Shown here: piece by piece, positions 1-11,550 of the stretch | How the letters are laid out: each line of letters opens with the position of its first letter | Numbering within the stretch: position 1 is the first letter of the stretch | IMG/VR virus record: IMGVR_UViG_3300021431_004525 | From: a virus | Lineage: Duplodnaviria; Caudoviricetes | DNA length: 64,000 nucleotides | Direction: 5' to 3' (one strand) | The notes under the pieces: model-generated | The model's input: only the letters and a program-made list of their open reading frames with translations | Databases searched by the model: none | What the model was told of the DNA's origin: nothing | Made by a program: the position numbers and the translations under genes

Positions 1-188
1 TTCATCACATTCAGCCACATGGATAAGTTCTGTATCGACATGGCCTACATCAGCATAATCAACACCCTCGGATGCAAGAAACTTAGCACATTCTAAGGCT
101 CTTTCATCATTTTCAGACGCAAAGTAGTCCGAATCCGGATAATGTTTCTCACCATCAATAACACATTCGTAATCTGCTCTATAGTTAT

Positions 189-482
189 TCATAGGAAACC
201 GGTCATAAAATGTTCTTTATACTCCTTATACGTTATTTTACCCTTATGGTTTATGAAAGCGTCAATATAGTTCGCATTATCCCTATCATCAGACAAAGCC
301 AACTCATTGCCACTAAGTGCTTCAAGTCTCAAATCCGGTGGCTCATTGAAGAACTCATCCGGCTCAAAGTCGGAAAAATCTATTTTATCTTTAATGATTT
401 CAGCAGCCAAGTTCTTCCGTGCGTCATCAAAATTTTGTTCCGCTTCAATTATTTTCCTAATTAACCTCTCATATTTGTCCAT
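189..482 (-). CDS. hypothetical protein
   Basis: ORF track. Start trimmed to the ATG at 482. The stop overlaps the ATG of the next (partial) gene at 192. Confidence 0.7.
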   Translation of the reverse strand: MDKYERLIRKIIEAEQNFDDARKNLAAEIIKDKIDFSDFEPDEFFNEPPDLRLEALSGNELALSDDRDNANYIDAFINHKGKITYKEYKEHFMTGFL

Positions 483-584
483 AAACTCATTTTTAAGACT
501 CACAGAGCCGTTTTATATATTCAGATGATAAACTATACGTTTTAGAAATTTTAACGTCTTAGAAACGATTTTTTCTGTTTATAG

Positions 585-594
585 TGCAAAGTTA
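585..594 (-). promoter_or_regulatory. Bacteroidetes -7 promoter box (first of about 42 minus-strand copies)
   Basis: TAACTTTGCA with TTTGG upstream. Other copies near 1802, 2731, 3379, 4965, 6175, 8186, 9545, 11308, 12635, 14546, 16967, 18222, 19368, 20815, 22245, 24846, 26003, 27450, 28344, 29681, 30701, 31821, 32097, 35091, 36589, 38400, 39455, 40897, 42556, 43237, 44249, 44569, 44722, 45704, 46311, 47545, 48867, 50261, 50930, 54778. Confidence 0.9.
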
Positions 595-755
595 GGAAAA
601 ATAAACGATAATACCAAAATATTTTAGTTAAAGTAAGTTAAATTCAAGAAAAAGGTGGTACTTAATGGTACCGTCCAACTCTTATCTTCTAATAGTTTAA
701 GGGTCAAAGAGATAAATTATTAGAATGCCGTAAAAGTCTGCGAAACCGGCCAAGC

Positions 756-872
756 CTACACGCGAAGGAACGCCCGGACATAGTAGTTGTAGTTCTTACG
801 GTTGGCATCCACACTACCACCGTTCGTATACACGCGGTATGCGTGGCTACTATCATACTCAGAACTCGACCA
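756..872 (-). repeat. DGR variable repeat VR1
   Basis: Gap-free 117-nt alignment to 24956-25072, with differences concentrated at codon positions 1 and 2. Confidence 0.8.
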
Positions 873-1772
873 AAGCCAGCGATACAACAGAGTAGCACCC
901 TTCAACATTATAAGCGAAAGATTAATCTGTGTAGTATTTTCAAACATCTTCTCCAATTCACCTATCGCCCCTACATACCAATCTCCGGACTTCGTTCCTT
1001 TGGTTTTATATTTAGAAATCCACTTGAACATTGGGTAATTTGTAGGTTTATATTCCTTCGATTTAAGAACATTTTCAGTTAATTCCTTGCCGTTTAAGGA
1101 TTTTTCATAAGTTTCATAAGAAACTGCATTGTTAATAAGAGGACGCATACTATGTTCAAGTGTACACCACTTTTTTTCGACTTCATCTCTTGAAACGACA
1201 ACCGGTTTTCCATCCTCATTGAAAAATCCGACAACACCGATTATATTACCATCTTTTTCCGGAGTATAGTCTGACCGATGAATACACGTCTTGTTTCCAT
1301 TATCATCGGTCATACAAAAATCACCAATGGACACCTTATCTCCTTCAATATTCTGTGGGTATGCGTCAGCAATTGTTTCCATAATAATATCAATGGATTT
1401 TGCCTTAACCGGCTCTTTAATCACCTTATCGGTGATAAACATTTTTCTTGCACAAATCTGGCTTAATTCATCATTGACAAAAAATTCTGTTCCGGAAGGA
1501 ATAACTGCTTCAAATACAATATCTTTATTGCTTAAGCCTCCATGTTCATCCTCTGCATACAGCAAAGCATGGATAAATCCACCTCTTACTGAATTACGTC
1601 TGTTATTATTATATTCAATGCTTAAATCGTCAGCAACCATTTCCTTATTTAATTCTACATTAGTACGCTGATACGGAGTTGAATAAGTTCCATTTGGATT
1701 CTTCGTTAATACTTTATAGCAAATAATATCCTCTTTTGTTATAAGTTTTTTAATTCCGGTTGATAGACACAT
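756..1772 (-). CDS. DGR target-like protein with C-terminal C-type-lectin-fold (DUF1566-like) variable domain
   Basis: C-terminus WSSSEY..AY.V...G......K...YVRAFLRV*. Paralog of 24956-25969. Confidence 0.8.
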   Translation of the reverse strand: MCLSTGIKKLITKEDIICYKVLTKNPNGTYSTPYQRTNVELNKEMVADDLSIEYNNNRRNSVRGGFIHALLYAEDEHGGLSNKDIVFEAVIPSGTEFFVNDELSQICARKMFITDKVIKEPVKAKSIDIIMETIADAYPQNIEGDKVSIGDFCMTDDNGNKTCIHRSDYTPEKDGNIIGVVGFFNEDGKPVVVSRDEVEKKWCTLEHSMRPLINNAVSYETYEKSLNGKELTENVLKSKEYKPTNYPMFKWISKYKTKGTKSGDWYVGAIGELEKMFENTTQINLSLIMLKGATLLYRWLWSSSEYDSSHAYRVYTNGGSVDANRKNYNYYVRAFLRV

Positions 1773-2360
1773 ATTTTTTTGTTATTTTAATGTTTTTACA
1801 TTGCAAAAGTACAAAATAAATTTGAAATAACCAAATATTTTTTAATTAAGTAATATTAAATGGTTTTACTTTTTACTATTGTAAGACCGCCTTGTTTTTC
1901 TTTCGTTTCAAACTTAGCAAGTTCGGCAAAATAATTTTCCTTCTGTTCTATATTAAAAGCGTTATCCCTATCTTTTTCAGTGGCAAATAGTCTAACTTTT
2001 GGTATCTCATACCATTCTATTGCATCATCATACCACCCATCACGTTTTTTAGTGATGATTGCATATCCATATATCATAGTGCTTAATTATTGATATTAAT
2101 TATTTTCCACTTTAGTCCAGACAAACATTGTATCAGAGCCATCACCATAATTTGCCCCATCAGCACAGAAGAAAAACTCATTAGGCTGCGTAAGGTCTAC
2201 CTTATGGAAATGGTAAGCACAAGCACCGATAGTGTCCTCTTTGGTGAAAAACTCTACTGCCCGGTCATAAGACATCTTACCAATCTCCTCAAGGTCGTAA
2301 TAGTAAGACGGATTTACGCTTGCTGAAAAAATGGTTACTTTCATATTAATTAATTTTTAA

Positions 2361-2708
2361 TTATTTCTTAAAATCAAATCTCCAATAAGGAAAACCATTT
2401 GAAGTATTCTCATAACGTAAAATACGTACAAGAGTTAAGTTCTCATTATCAAGCATTATACGTAAGAATTTCTCAACATCTTCCGGATGGCGGTCTGAAT
2501 AGAACGCTTGGCCTTGATTGCCCCATATCTTCTGACACGTCTCATTATACTTCTTGCTATCCCATCCATAAAGCCGGTCAGAATATACAGATTCGCTTGC
2601 CTTTTCATTATTACCAAAGCCATATTGAATAATACCGCCATCATATCTGGCGAAATCATAACCAATCATAACGCCATTGCCATCGAAATAAATTACTTCT
2701 TCAATCAT
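2361..2708 (-). CDS. hypothetical protein
   Basis: 115-aa ORF directly behind promoter 2731. Confidence 0.8.
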   Translation of the reverse strand: MIEEVIYFDGNGVMIGYDFARYDGGIIQYGFGNNEKASESVYSDRLYGWDSKKYNETCQKIWGNQGQAFYSDRHPEDVEKFLRIMLDNENLTLVRILRYENTSNGFPYWRFDFKK

Positions 2709-2804
2709 ATATTACTTTTTAATTTGACACTGCAAAGGTATAAAGAAAAAACGGAATATCCAAACATTTTTAGTTAATAAATCTGAACATTCCGTTAATT
2801 GTTG

Positions 2805-3308
2805 TTAATCATCGTCATCCATTACCTTCATCTTCTTCTTTTTCCTACTCTCTTTATAGATTTTCTTCTGTTCTTTCTTCACCTCTTTCCAATATTGTTC
2901 CTCTTTCTTAGTACCTACATAATCAGTGGTATAGGTGGTTGTTACCTCACCATTCTCATTATAAGATGTGGTATAGGTGGTATGATAGACCGGTTTCCTT
3001 GTATCGGCATGGGTATTAAGGTAACTCTTTACAAGATACACTTCATCACTACGTCCGCCACCGGATGAATTTTTGAAACCGGTATCAGTGTTCTGTTCGG
3101 TCCGTCTTGATTGGTCGTTAAGATAGACACTATTCTCCCTCATAAAGTTACGATAGTGTGAAGGACGATAGACACTCTTATCTGAATAGGTACGAGAGAA
3201 ATCCGGCTTATAGCCATAAGGTCTGTTAGGAACATAATAGGTCGTTCCGCAACTTGTAAGCAAAAGCACACTTACCAAACAAATCAAAAACAAAACACTC
3301 TTTTTCAT
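2805..3308 (-). CDS. putative lipoprotein
   Basis: MKKSVLFLICLVSVLLLTSC lipobox signal. Start trimmed to 3308, downstream of promoter 3379. Confidence 0.7.
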   Translation of the reverse strand: MKKSVLFLICLVSVLLLTSCGTTYYVPNRPYGYKPDFSRTYSDKSVYRPSHYRNFMRENSVYLNDQSRRTEQNTDTGFKNSSGGGRSDEVYLVKSYLNTHADTRKPVYHTTYTTSYNENGEVTTTYTTDYVGTKKEEQYWKEVKKEQKKIYKESRKKKKMKVMDDDD

Positions 3309-3452
3309 ATTATTTAATTTTACAATAATCTTCCAACTTATTACTCTTATTATTATATATACTTCTTTAATTTGACGATGCAAAGTTAGCGAAAAAAACG
3401 CAGACCACCAAACAATTTTAGTTAATCTGCGCTAAAGAACTGTTAATGTGTG

Positions 3453-4211
3453 TTAATCACTTTCAAACTTCTCAATAAGTTGCCTTAGAATAGGTAATAC
3501 CTTATCACGATACTTTTCTTTCTGTCCGGATAATATCATATCAATATTCTGTATATCCGCATCTTTGAGGGAACTGAACGAATCAGATAGGCTGGTTAAA
3601 ATCTCAATCCCACTATTAACATCGGCAATAAGTTGTGTGGAAACAAGTGAATTAATTTGAGAAACAGCCTCCTCTGCATTACTGAAACTTAAACTAATCC
3701 AAGAATTTTGAATATCCCTTACAATACGTCCGGAAGTAGAATATTTATTCTTTTCTCCATCTGTACGATAATCCATCTCAAAAGAAATGCACACCATTTC
3801 ATCACCCATTGAATTATTAAGACGATAGGTTGAATAATTACTATTCCAATTCATCTTCATTCCTATCACATTGGTAAGATACCAGTGGATTTTTCTTTCC
3901 TCATTATAATAAGGCAGTGTCATTGGGTCATAACATATTGATGGAAATGCAAGTGTTTTATTATACTCCGTTACATCTGTAATAAGTTGGTCTGCATCTG
4001 TATAAGTCTTATCATTGAAGATAACGCTTTTCTTCATTGTCGGCTTTGCCGTCACAGAGAAGAAATAATCAAGGCCGCCACCTTCAGGGGAAATATATAC
4101 ATCATATAAGTTTGCGACCTTTTCCTCGGCAAAATCATTACGCTTGCACACATAATAGTCGGTATTGAGTGTGCGTAGTAACGTATTAGATGATTTAAAT
4201 AACTTGTTCAT
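3453..4211 (-). CDS. hypothetical protein
   Basis: 252-aa ORF. Confidence 0.85.
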   Translation of the reverse strand: MNKLFKSSNTLLRTLNTDYYVCKRNDFAEEKVANLYDVYISPEGGGLDYFFSVTAKPTMKKSVIFNDKTYTDADQLITDVTEYNKTLAFPSICYDPMTLPYYNEERKIHWYLTNVIGMKMNWNSNYSTYRLNNSMGDEMVCISFEMDYRTDGEKNKYSTSGRIVRDIQNSWISLSFSNAEEAVSQINSLVSTQLIADVNSGIEILTSLSDSFSSLKDADIQNIDMILSGQKEKYRDKVLPILRQLIEKFESD

Positions 4212-4216
4212 ATTAA

Positions 4217-4933
4217 TTAATCTTTAAGTGCTTCCGGATTTGTGAGTTTATCATCAATCCTATCAAACATAGTTCTGTATTCCTCGTCTTGTTTCATCCA
4301 AACCTTAATACCATTCATAATAACCTTCAAGATATGTTTATCTGTACCGAACTTGCCGACACCAGCAAGATATGTACGCATATCCTCGTCATTAAGCAAA
4401 TCCCATGGGCCACAAGTAGGATAGTTCATACAGAACTTATCTTCACCATTTCTGCATTCGTAGTCAATTGAGAAATAGTAAGGACGCTTGACAAGTGGCT
4501 TACCATCTTCATCGTAACCCTTAACATAACAGATACGCATCCACCTACCCATGTGTCCGACTTCCCATCCCTTACCTAAGTAATCCTCGATAATGCCGGA
4601 AATGTAATTCCTTGTACTTGTCTCAATCCCCTTAACCTTATCAATAAGGCTTGTACGTTTCGCCAATAGGTCTGCCTTATACTTCTCGCCCTCCGGTGTC
4701 TTGAAATATTCCTCCCTTTTCAGTTCTTTCTTTGCAGAAGCGATGGCATTCTTCACACAAGTAATGTCATGCTCCAATACAGGAGTCTTTGACTTCCGTA
4801 CATTGTAGTCAAACACACTGCCATTCAGATACTCGTCAGTCAGTTCAACAACCTTATCGGTCTCACCTTTAAGAGTATAATACTCATTCTTTAACTCGAT
4901 GTACTTCTTGTAAAGTTCTGCTTTCTTTGTCAT
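4217..4933 (-). CDS. hypothetical protein
   Basis: 238-aa ORF behind promoter 4965. Confidence 0.85.
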   Translation of the reverse strand: MTKKAELYKKYIELKNEYYTLKGETDKVVELTDEYLNGSVFDYNVRKSKTPVLEHDITCVKNAIASAKKELKREEYFKTPEGEKYKADLLAKRTSLIDKVKGIETSTRNYISGIIEDYLGKGWEVGHMGRWMRICYVKGYDEDGKPLVKRPYYFSIDYECRNGEDKFCMNYPTCGPWDLLNDEDMRTYLAGVGKFGTDKHILKVIMNGIKVWMKQDEEYRTMFDRIDDKLTNPEALKD

Positions 4934-5644
4934 AACTCAATCTGTTTTATTTGTTTAACGTGGTGCAAAGGTACAAAGGATATTTCAATCTACCAAACAA
5001 TTTTACTTAATAAATGTGAAACAAGTGTTAAAAGATTAAAAACGCATAAATCTCGTTAAACGTCATATTTCTCAATTTCTTTTTTCTGTTTCTTAATAAG
5101 TTCCTTGCAACTATCAATCTTCATCAAGGCAATACCGATTTCGGCTTGATTATCCTTAATTTTATCCAGAAGAATATTATATATTTTCCTCTTTGCATCA
5201 ATTTCAGTCGTGAACACATTATAATGCGTCTTTTGTGCATCACGGGACACATAATCAATCTTGAATTCACCCTCTTCCTCCGGAGAATTGGGTACTTTCT
5301 CTGCAATTGTAATTGTCACAGAATTATCAGATGGATATTCCACCTTACTGGCATGCCCTTCAAAAATTGATGGTATATCGCCATATTCAATGATATACAG
5401 AACATCACCCACTTTAACATCACCAAATGTCTTATACTCTCTTTCCATAAACTATCTTTGTCTGAAGTTAAATAAACAATGTAAAGTAAAATTATAACTA
5501 TCTTCTTCAAGCATAGAAGTTAATTCCTCTGTAATATCCTTTTCCGGAATAAATTGAAGAATATAACTTTTTAATTCTTCAGCGATTTCTTTTGGACGTA
5601 ACCTTAAATCCTTTGCTACGATGCGTTTGTACTCTCTTTCCATA

Positions 5645-5923
5645 TTACTCCCAAGTTACTTTCTTTTCCAAATATCCTTTACCTTTGCATCGTGGACAAG
5701 TATGATGTTCATAATATCCACCCATTGGACCATCCCAATGTTCATAAGGTTCTATCCATTTGCCCCTCCAACCACCTTCTCCGCCACATTCTGGACATAC
5801 AATACGTGTACCATCTAAGATTTTCTCATGGTGCTTACAATCTTCCAAAGATGTAAATTCTTGTCCATCCTTTGCTACATATACTTTGTAGTCAACGGTT
5901 TTCTGTCTTGTTACTTCTTTCAT
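5645..5923 (-). CDS. DnaJ-type zinc-finger (CxxCxGxG) small protein
   Basis: CPECGGEG and CPRCKGKG motifs. Confidence 0.7.
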   Translation of the reverse strand: MKEVTRQKTVDYKVYVAKDGQEFTSLEDCKHHEKILDGTRIVCPECGGEGGWRGKWIEPYEHWDGPMGGYYEHHTCPRCKGKGYLEKKVTWE

Positions 5924-6240
5924 ATTTATTTTTTAATTCTTCTATTTCATCATGCAATGCTTCAATGTTATCATTATTGAAAGCAACTCTGTTACTGATT
6001 ATAAATGTTCCGATATATAGAACTCCAACAGATACAGCAACAGCCCAATCACCCCATTTATACGCAAAATTACCAAACATTATACCGAGCAGAAAGATAA
6101 ACATTTTATCCCACGTAAAAACCTTTGGCTTAAATTCTTGATACTTCTTCATATTCTTATATTTTATTTCTGACTGCAAAGGTAATAAAAAAAGTCGAGA
6201 ATACCAAATGTTTTCCCGACTTTAACATTAGTTTAACAGT

Positions 6241-6738
6241 TTAAGGACGATATTTCTTGAATATATCACTGATTAACTTTTCATGACCAAATGCCCACCG
6301 ATAACCCTTGATGTCTTGTACCTTGATGAACTTAATCATTCCAACCTCTTTGCCCTCATTACCGGCATGGGAGAATTTGAAATCCTCTGCTTTCTTATCC
6401 TTGATAAATGCACAGAAACGGAAGGTAACATTCTGTCTGTTTTCCTTTGGACTATCATTGTAGCCGACAAACTGCAAATCACTCTCTTTAAGTGATACAC
6501 CGGTTTCCTCCTTTAATTCTTTACAAGCATTTTCTGCTGCGGTGACATTGAACTCAAGGTAGCCACAAGGACAATTCCAGTAACCCTGATAGTCTGCCGC
6601 TTCCTCTCCACGTTCAGACCCTAAAACACACCAATCGTTTTCTTTGTCTTTAGCAAAAACAAATACTGCCGTTGCCATAGACCTACTAAACCACCCAAGA
6701 AATTTCCCATTCTTGTCATAACATTCTTGATTCTGCAT
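6241..6738 (-). CDS. Nudix hydrolase
   Basis: Nudix box G-YLEFNVTAAENACKELKEETGV, plus a C-terminal AFGH motif as in ADP-ribose pyrophosphatase-like members. Confidence 0.9.
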   Translation of the reverse strand: MQNQECYDKNGKFLGWFSRSMATAVFVFAKDKENDWCVLGSERGEEAADYQGYWNCPCGYLEFNVTAAENACKELKEETGVSLKESDLQFVGYNDSPKENRQNVTFRFCAFIKDKKAEDFKFSHAGNEGKEVGMIKFIKVQDIKGYRWAFGHEKLISDIFKKYRP

Positions 6739-8056
6739 ATTCTAATTCTAAAATTTTATGTTTTAATTCATCTAAATTTTTGTATATTTTTTCACCAAAT
6801 AAAGTCTCTGGTGCAATAAATCTATCATCTTCTGCATAATAGAAAAGTTTTTTAATGTTTTCTTTGCATAAATTGTATTTTCGTAAATCTCTTTCTCGAT
6901 TTGTTTTTAATCCTTTTTCGCCACCATAAACATCAAGTGCTTTAAAGTGTTGTATTCCTTGACATTCAATAGCAACATCTAAATCCTTGATATAATAATC
7001 AAGATGTTGTAAACCTAACCATTTAGCATGATACCCATTTTTATATTTAATACCACATTCATCAAGTAATTTGCCAATTTTCAGTTCCAATTTGGATTTT
7101 CTACAATTAGGACAACTTTCACCGGCAAGATGTTTATTTGGTGACATCCAAAACTCGCCATGCTCCGGACAAATGATACAAACTTTATTTATGGCTTTTG
7201 TATAAACGACTTTTGAGTAATCATATTTGTCACCATGAATTTGTCTAAATTCTTTTATTACACTTTCGGTTGTTTTATATTTTCCTGCACAAGATGGGCA
7301 ACCTTTACCTCTTAAATGATTATTCGGTGTAACACAAAACTCGCCATGCTCCGGACAAATGATACAAACTTTCTTGTTTGATTTTTCATAAATCACCTTG
7401 GAATAGTCATACTTATTACCCCATATCTGTTTTGCCTTCTCAATAAACTCTTCAGTGTTGGACGTTAGTGCTGCGTGTTGACATCCTTTGCATCCTTGTC
7501 CTCGTACATGATTACTAGGGGTTTGCCAAAACTCACCGTGTTCCGGACAAATAATTCGCATTTTAGTAACCATATTAGTAAACGTATTTTCGTCATACTG
7601 ATATTTGTCACCATGAACTTTTCTTGCCCTTTCTATAAATTCAGTATATTGTATTTGATAACGTTCCTTATCATTCTTTTCTTTATTATTTTTTAGAAAA
7701 TTGCAAGGCTTTATGCTAAATTCGCCATATTTAGGACAGATTATAATAACCGGAATTTTCTCATTTATATACTCTACTTTGGAATAATCATACCTATCCC
7801 CATGTAAATTTTTAGCCTTACGAATAAACTCTTGTTTTAATTTTTCTCTCTGTTTCTCTTTGGTACATTCCGGACATTCTTGTCCTCCAAGTAAATGTGT
7901 CGCGGAAACTTCCCATATTAAATTATGTTTCTTACAGATTATTTTGACTTTTTCTTTCGGACTTTTGTATTCGACTAATGAATAATCATATCTATCTCCG
8001 TACTTTTCTTTTAATTTGTTAATAAATCTTTCTTGTAAATCCATTATTTTATTCAT
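6716..8056 (-). CDS. putative homing endonuclease: DUF723-like repeats plus C-terminal PD-(D/E)XK/Vsr-like nuclease
   Basis: Five repeats of HGDKYDYSKV.Y....KV.IICPEHGEF...P..HL.G..CP.C, then LDYYI...VAIECQGIQHF. Confidence 0.8.
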   Translation of the reverse strand: MNKIMDLQERFINKLKEKYGDRYDYSLVEYKSPKEKVKIICKKHNLIWEVSATHLLGGQECPECTKEKQREKLKQEFIRKAKNLHGDRYDYSKVEYINEKIPVIIICPKYGEFSIKPCNFLKNNKEKNDKERYQIQYTEFIERARKVHGDKYQYDENTFTNMVTKMRIICPEHGEFWQTPSNHVRGQGCKGCQHAALTSNTEEFIEKAKQIWGNKYDYSKVIYEKSNKKVCIICPEHGEFCVTPNNHLRGKGCPSCAGKYKTTESVIKEFRQIHGDKYDYSKVVYTKAINKVCIICPEHGEFWMSPNKHLAGESCPNCRKSKLELKIGKLLDECGIKYKNGYHAKWLGLQHLDYYIKDLDVAIECQGIQHFKALDVYGGEKGLKTNRERDLRKYNLCKENIKKLFYYAEDDRFIAPETLFGEKIYKNLDELKHKILELEYAESRML

Positions 8057-8254
8057 TTATATAAATAAATATAATGAACTCTCGCAAAAAAGCAACTTTT
8101 ATTGTTTAATAAAAATCTTTAATTATTTTTTTTTAATCATCCGAGGAATTTTTCCGGACTTATCATAACACTCTTGATTTTTCACTGCAAAGATACGAAA
8201 AATATTTCAAATAACCAAACAAATTACATTCTTTAACACAACTTTAACTTCTGT

Positions 8255-9496
8255 TTATGCTGCATAACGAACAAATAATTCATCAAGCCATCCATTATGT
8301 CTTGCCACATCGTATGCACCATTACTATATTTTCTAAATTCGTTTCTCGTCTTATATTTCTTTGCTTCGGCAAAAACGTTCTCCTTTGTCCAGAATCCTC
8401 TTGGTTTTTGTACTTCTTTAAACCAATCCATTTCGTTCAACCAACCATTTACTCTTGCAACTTGGTATGCTTTATTGTATGATGTTTTAAACTCACTTTT
8501 TGTTTTGAACTTCTTGGCAGCTTCAAATACATTCTGCTTGATATTCCAATATCCGTATGGCTTTAGTAATGATGTGAACCAACTCATTTCCTCAAGCCAA
8601 CCATTTCGTCTTGCAATATCGTATGCTGTATGACAACCATCAGAAAATTTTTTTCTTGTCTGATACTTCTTTGCTTCCGCAAACACTTTCTCTTTTGACC
8701 AGTATTCATTTGGCCTTTGTGATGATATAAGCCAAACCATTTCATCAATCCAATTATTTTTACAAGCAAAAGTGTATGCGCTGCTACAACCTTTTTTAAA
8801 TTCTCTTTTTGTTTTATATTTCTTTGCTTCTGAGAAAACCATCTCTTTTGTCCAGAAAAAATTTGGCTTCCTCCCTTCTTCAAACCAATTCATTTCTTTC
8901 AACAGACCTTTTCGTCTTGCCGCAACGTATGCACTACCACAACCACTCTGAAATTCATACTTCGTTTTATATTTCTTTGCTTCCGCAAATATAGTTTTTT
9001 TGTTCCATTTTCCACTATTAATTGCGCCCAATGAGCCACTACCAATACCGGTTTTTGCAATATTTAAAACATTATATCCTTTATTTTTATAATAGTTCTT
9101 CCAATAATCTTCTCTATCCAATCCTTCCTCGATTGTTAGATTATCCTCAATAATCTCCATTGCCGGAACTTCAAAACCATTTGCATCTGCATATTTGTAT
9201 ACTGTATCTTCTTCTTTTGTTCTGTGTCGACAAATGGTATCAACCTTATGTATTGTTCTACCAATGTAAATTGAGTTTGTTTCTTTGAAATAATATTTGT
9301 AAACACAATCAATTTTATTAGTTAATAGTTTTACTCTACCATCTTCAAACCAATTCATTTCATTAATCCATCCTTCTCGATAAGCAATCGCGTGCGCACT
9401 TGGACACCCTGTTTGAAAATCTGATTTTGTCTCATATTTTTTTGCTTCTGCAAACACATTATCCTTTGTCCAGAATCCTCTTGGTTTTCTTTCCAT
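8255..9496 (-). CDS. GIY-YIG-type endonuclease with ~47-aa tandem DNA-binding repeats
   Basis: CVYKY..IYIGRT and the EDYW..Y...GYNVLN GIY-YIG core. Six WTKE.VFAEAKKYKT..EF.....AY..ARRNGWL repeats. Confidence 0.8.
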   Translation of the reverse strand: MERKPRGFWTKDNVFAEAKKYETKSDFQTGCPSAHAIAYREGWINEMNWFEDGRVKLLTNKIDCVYKYYFKETNSIYIGRTIHKVDTICRHRTKEEDTVYKYADANGFEVPAMEIIEDNLTIEEGLDREDYWKNYYKNKGYNVLNIAKTGIGSGSLGAINSGKWNKKTIFAEAKKYKTKYEFQSGCGSAYVAARRKGLLKEMNWFEEGRKPNFFWTKEMVFSEAKKYKTKREFKKGCSSAYTFACKNNWIDEMVWLISSQRPNEYWSKEKVFAEAKKYQTRKKFSDGCHTAYDIARRNGWLEEMSWFTSLLKPYGYWNIKQNVFEAAKKFKTKSEFKTSYNKAYQVARVNGWLNEMDWFKEVQKPRGFWTKENVFAEAKKYKTRNEFRKYSNGAYDVARHNGWLDELFVRYAA

Positions 9497-9617
9497 AATT
9501 CTTAATTTATTTTATTTGTTAATAATGTTATTTCTTAATTTCGATACAAAGGTACAAAAAAAAGTTGAGAAAACCAAACATTTTCCCAACTTTAACACTT
9601 TTTTAACACTTTATTTT

Positions 9618-9944
9618 TCAAAGAAAATCAAAAACAAGATAATCTCGATGATATTCCGCATCATGTTTAGTTGCGAACATATTGTTAATGACACGCATAA
9701 ATTCATCACGTTTCTCATTCTCCCCAATATAGGTAATTGCTACTTTACCGGTGTCATTAATATAGTAATATTCATTTACCACACGAATTTTTGAACGCTT
9801 GATGTTATTTACTTTTTTCTTATTAAACAATTTAATGTCATAAGTATCATCCCAAGGGATATAACATTCAACTTGTCCAAATTCTATTTTCCCATTTAAC
9901 TTCAACGATACAATAGTACCCTCTTTTAATTTTTGATTTTTCAT
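9618..9944 (-). CDS. hypothetical protein, paralog of 12105-12581
   Basis: Shared YY.IN..G....TYIG.N..RD......N.F.T..(D/E)A motif. Confidence 0.75.
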   Translation of the reverse strand: MKNQKLKEGTIVSLKLNGKIEFGQVECYIPWDDTYDIKLFNKKKVNNIKRSKIRVVNEYYYINDTGKVAITYIGENEKRDEFMRVINNMFATKHDAEYHRDYLVFDFL

Positions 9945-10841
9945 ATTAATTGAATTTATATTCTTTTCCGTTTACAAACTTCACGTTTGTCTGATAAACC
10001 GCTACCTGTGTAGGTTTCTGCCTTTTGGAAATTGTTCCGTCTTTCTTGTAGTTAGCCCCATGAAATATCATTATCGGCATTTGTCTCACATAATCGTAAT
10101 AGTACGTCATTTTTTCAACCTTTATTGTCTGAAAGTGGTCTGTAACAATATCACCGATTTTAATATCATAATTCTCTTCAGCATATTGCCTTAAAATTGC
10201 TTCTTTGTCTTTGTCAAACTTTTCGGAAAGTTCATCTAATTTTTTCTTTAGTTCTTCTTTTGTCATAATATTTACTTCTTTTCTACTTCTTTTATTAAAA
10301 ATTCTATTGCATCACATTCATATTCCGATATACAATGTTGTGCGCCACTCCAATATTCATAGCACGAATCTAAAAATCTACGGGCAGCCTGTATTGCTTC
10401 TTCTTTTGTCATAATATTAATCTATTTAAAAATTTCTTCCGGTTTAACTATAAAACTATCATAATAGTGACCATCATCATCTGTCAATCTCTTGTAATAG
10501 TTATCCATTGTTTCATAATTGCAAAAACTATATGATATACTAATATCTCCATCCGGACGAAGATATGCGTCACTAAACATCACATAATCCTCTCCTTCCT
10601 TTGGCTTATAGTTCTTTTCAAACCATTTCTCAACTGCGAGAGAAAACTCATTTTTGGCTGAATCGTATTCTTCTTTTGCCAACTTTAAACGAATATCCGG
10701 TCTCATTTTTTATTCTTTTTACGATTACGTTTTCTTGCTCTATCTCTTTCTTCTTGTGTGATATAACCACCTTTACGTCCAGTTACCTCAAAGTAATTGT
10801 CACGATATATACGGCCAAGTTTTGTTAAAAGATTACTCATA

Positions 10842-11285
10842 TTATCCAAATGTTTCAAAAACGTCCTTAACCTTAGTTACCTTATCCTCTTCAATGAATT
10901 CCATATCTGTGATTGGATAGTCACGCCCTAACAGGTATCTCGGTTCATGCACACGATAATAAAACTCACCGTCTGTATTCCAATATTCATCAATAGATAC
11001 GTAGTTTCCGTCACCATTTACAAGTACGTCTCCGTCATAGATTTTCTTTCCGTTACAATCCTTGAAACCGGTCCAATTCCTGTAAGCAATAAAATGGCAT
11101 TTCTGTTTTTTATAATTTACATAGATATACCATCCGGCAGTAGAAGATTCAATTTCCCTAAAACCGTCGTTACGCAATTTACTTGTTATTTTATCAAGTT
11201 GTTCATCCAACTCATCATAACCGGTGGCTTTGGCAACTTTCTTACCGTCGAAATAAATCTCAAATTCCTTATTGTTTACTTTCAT
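10842..11285 (-). CDS. YopX-like domain protein
   Basis: TGFKDCNGKKIYDGDVL motif. Confidence 0.7.
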   Translation of the reverse strand: MKVNNKEFEIYFDGKKVAKATGYDELDEQLDKITSKLRNDGFREIESSTAGWYIYVNYKKQKCHFIAYRNWTGFKDCNGKKIYDGDVLVNGDGNYVSIDEYWNTDGEFYYRVHEPRYLLGRDYPITDMEFIEEDKVTKVKDVFETFG

Positions 11286-11550
11286 AATATATTGTTTTTA
11301 ATTGTAGTGCAAAAGTACGAAAAATATCTGAAACTACCAAATATTTCGGTGACTTTAACACTATTTTAACATCTACCAATATTCTTCGTCAACCAATTCT
11401 TCTGTTAACCTATATTCAGACGTATCTGTTTCTTCACGTTTGTATTCTTGCAATTTCATAATTGCTGAATGTTTGTCCCAGAATATATCATTCCTATTCC
11501 ACGTAAAACTCCAATTACCCCATCAACGACCAACATGATAGAACCGACTT

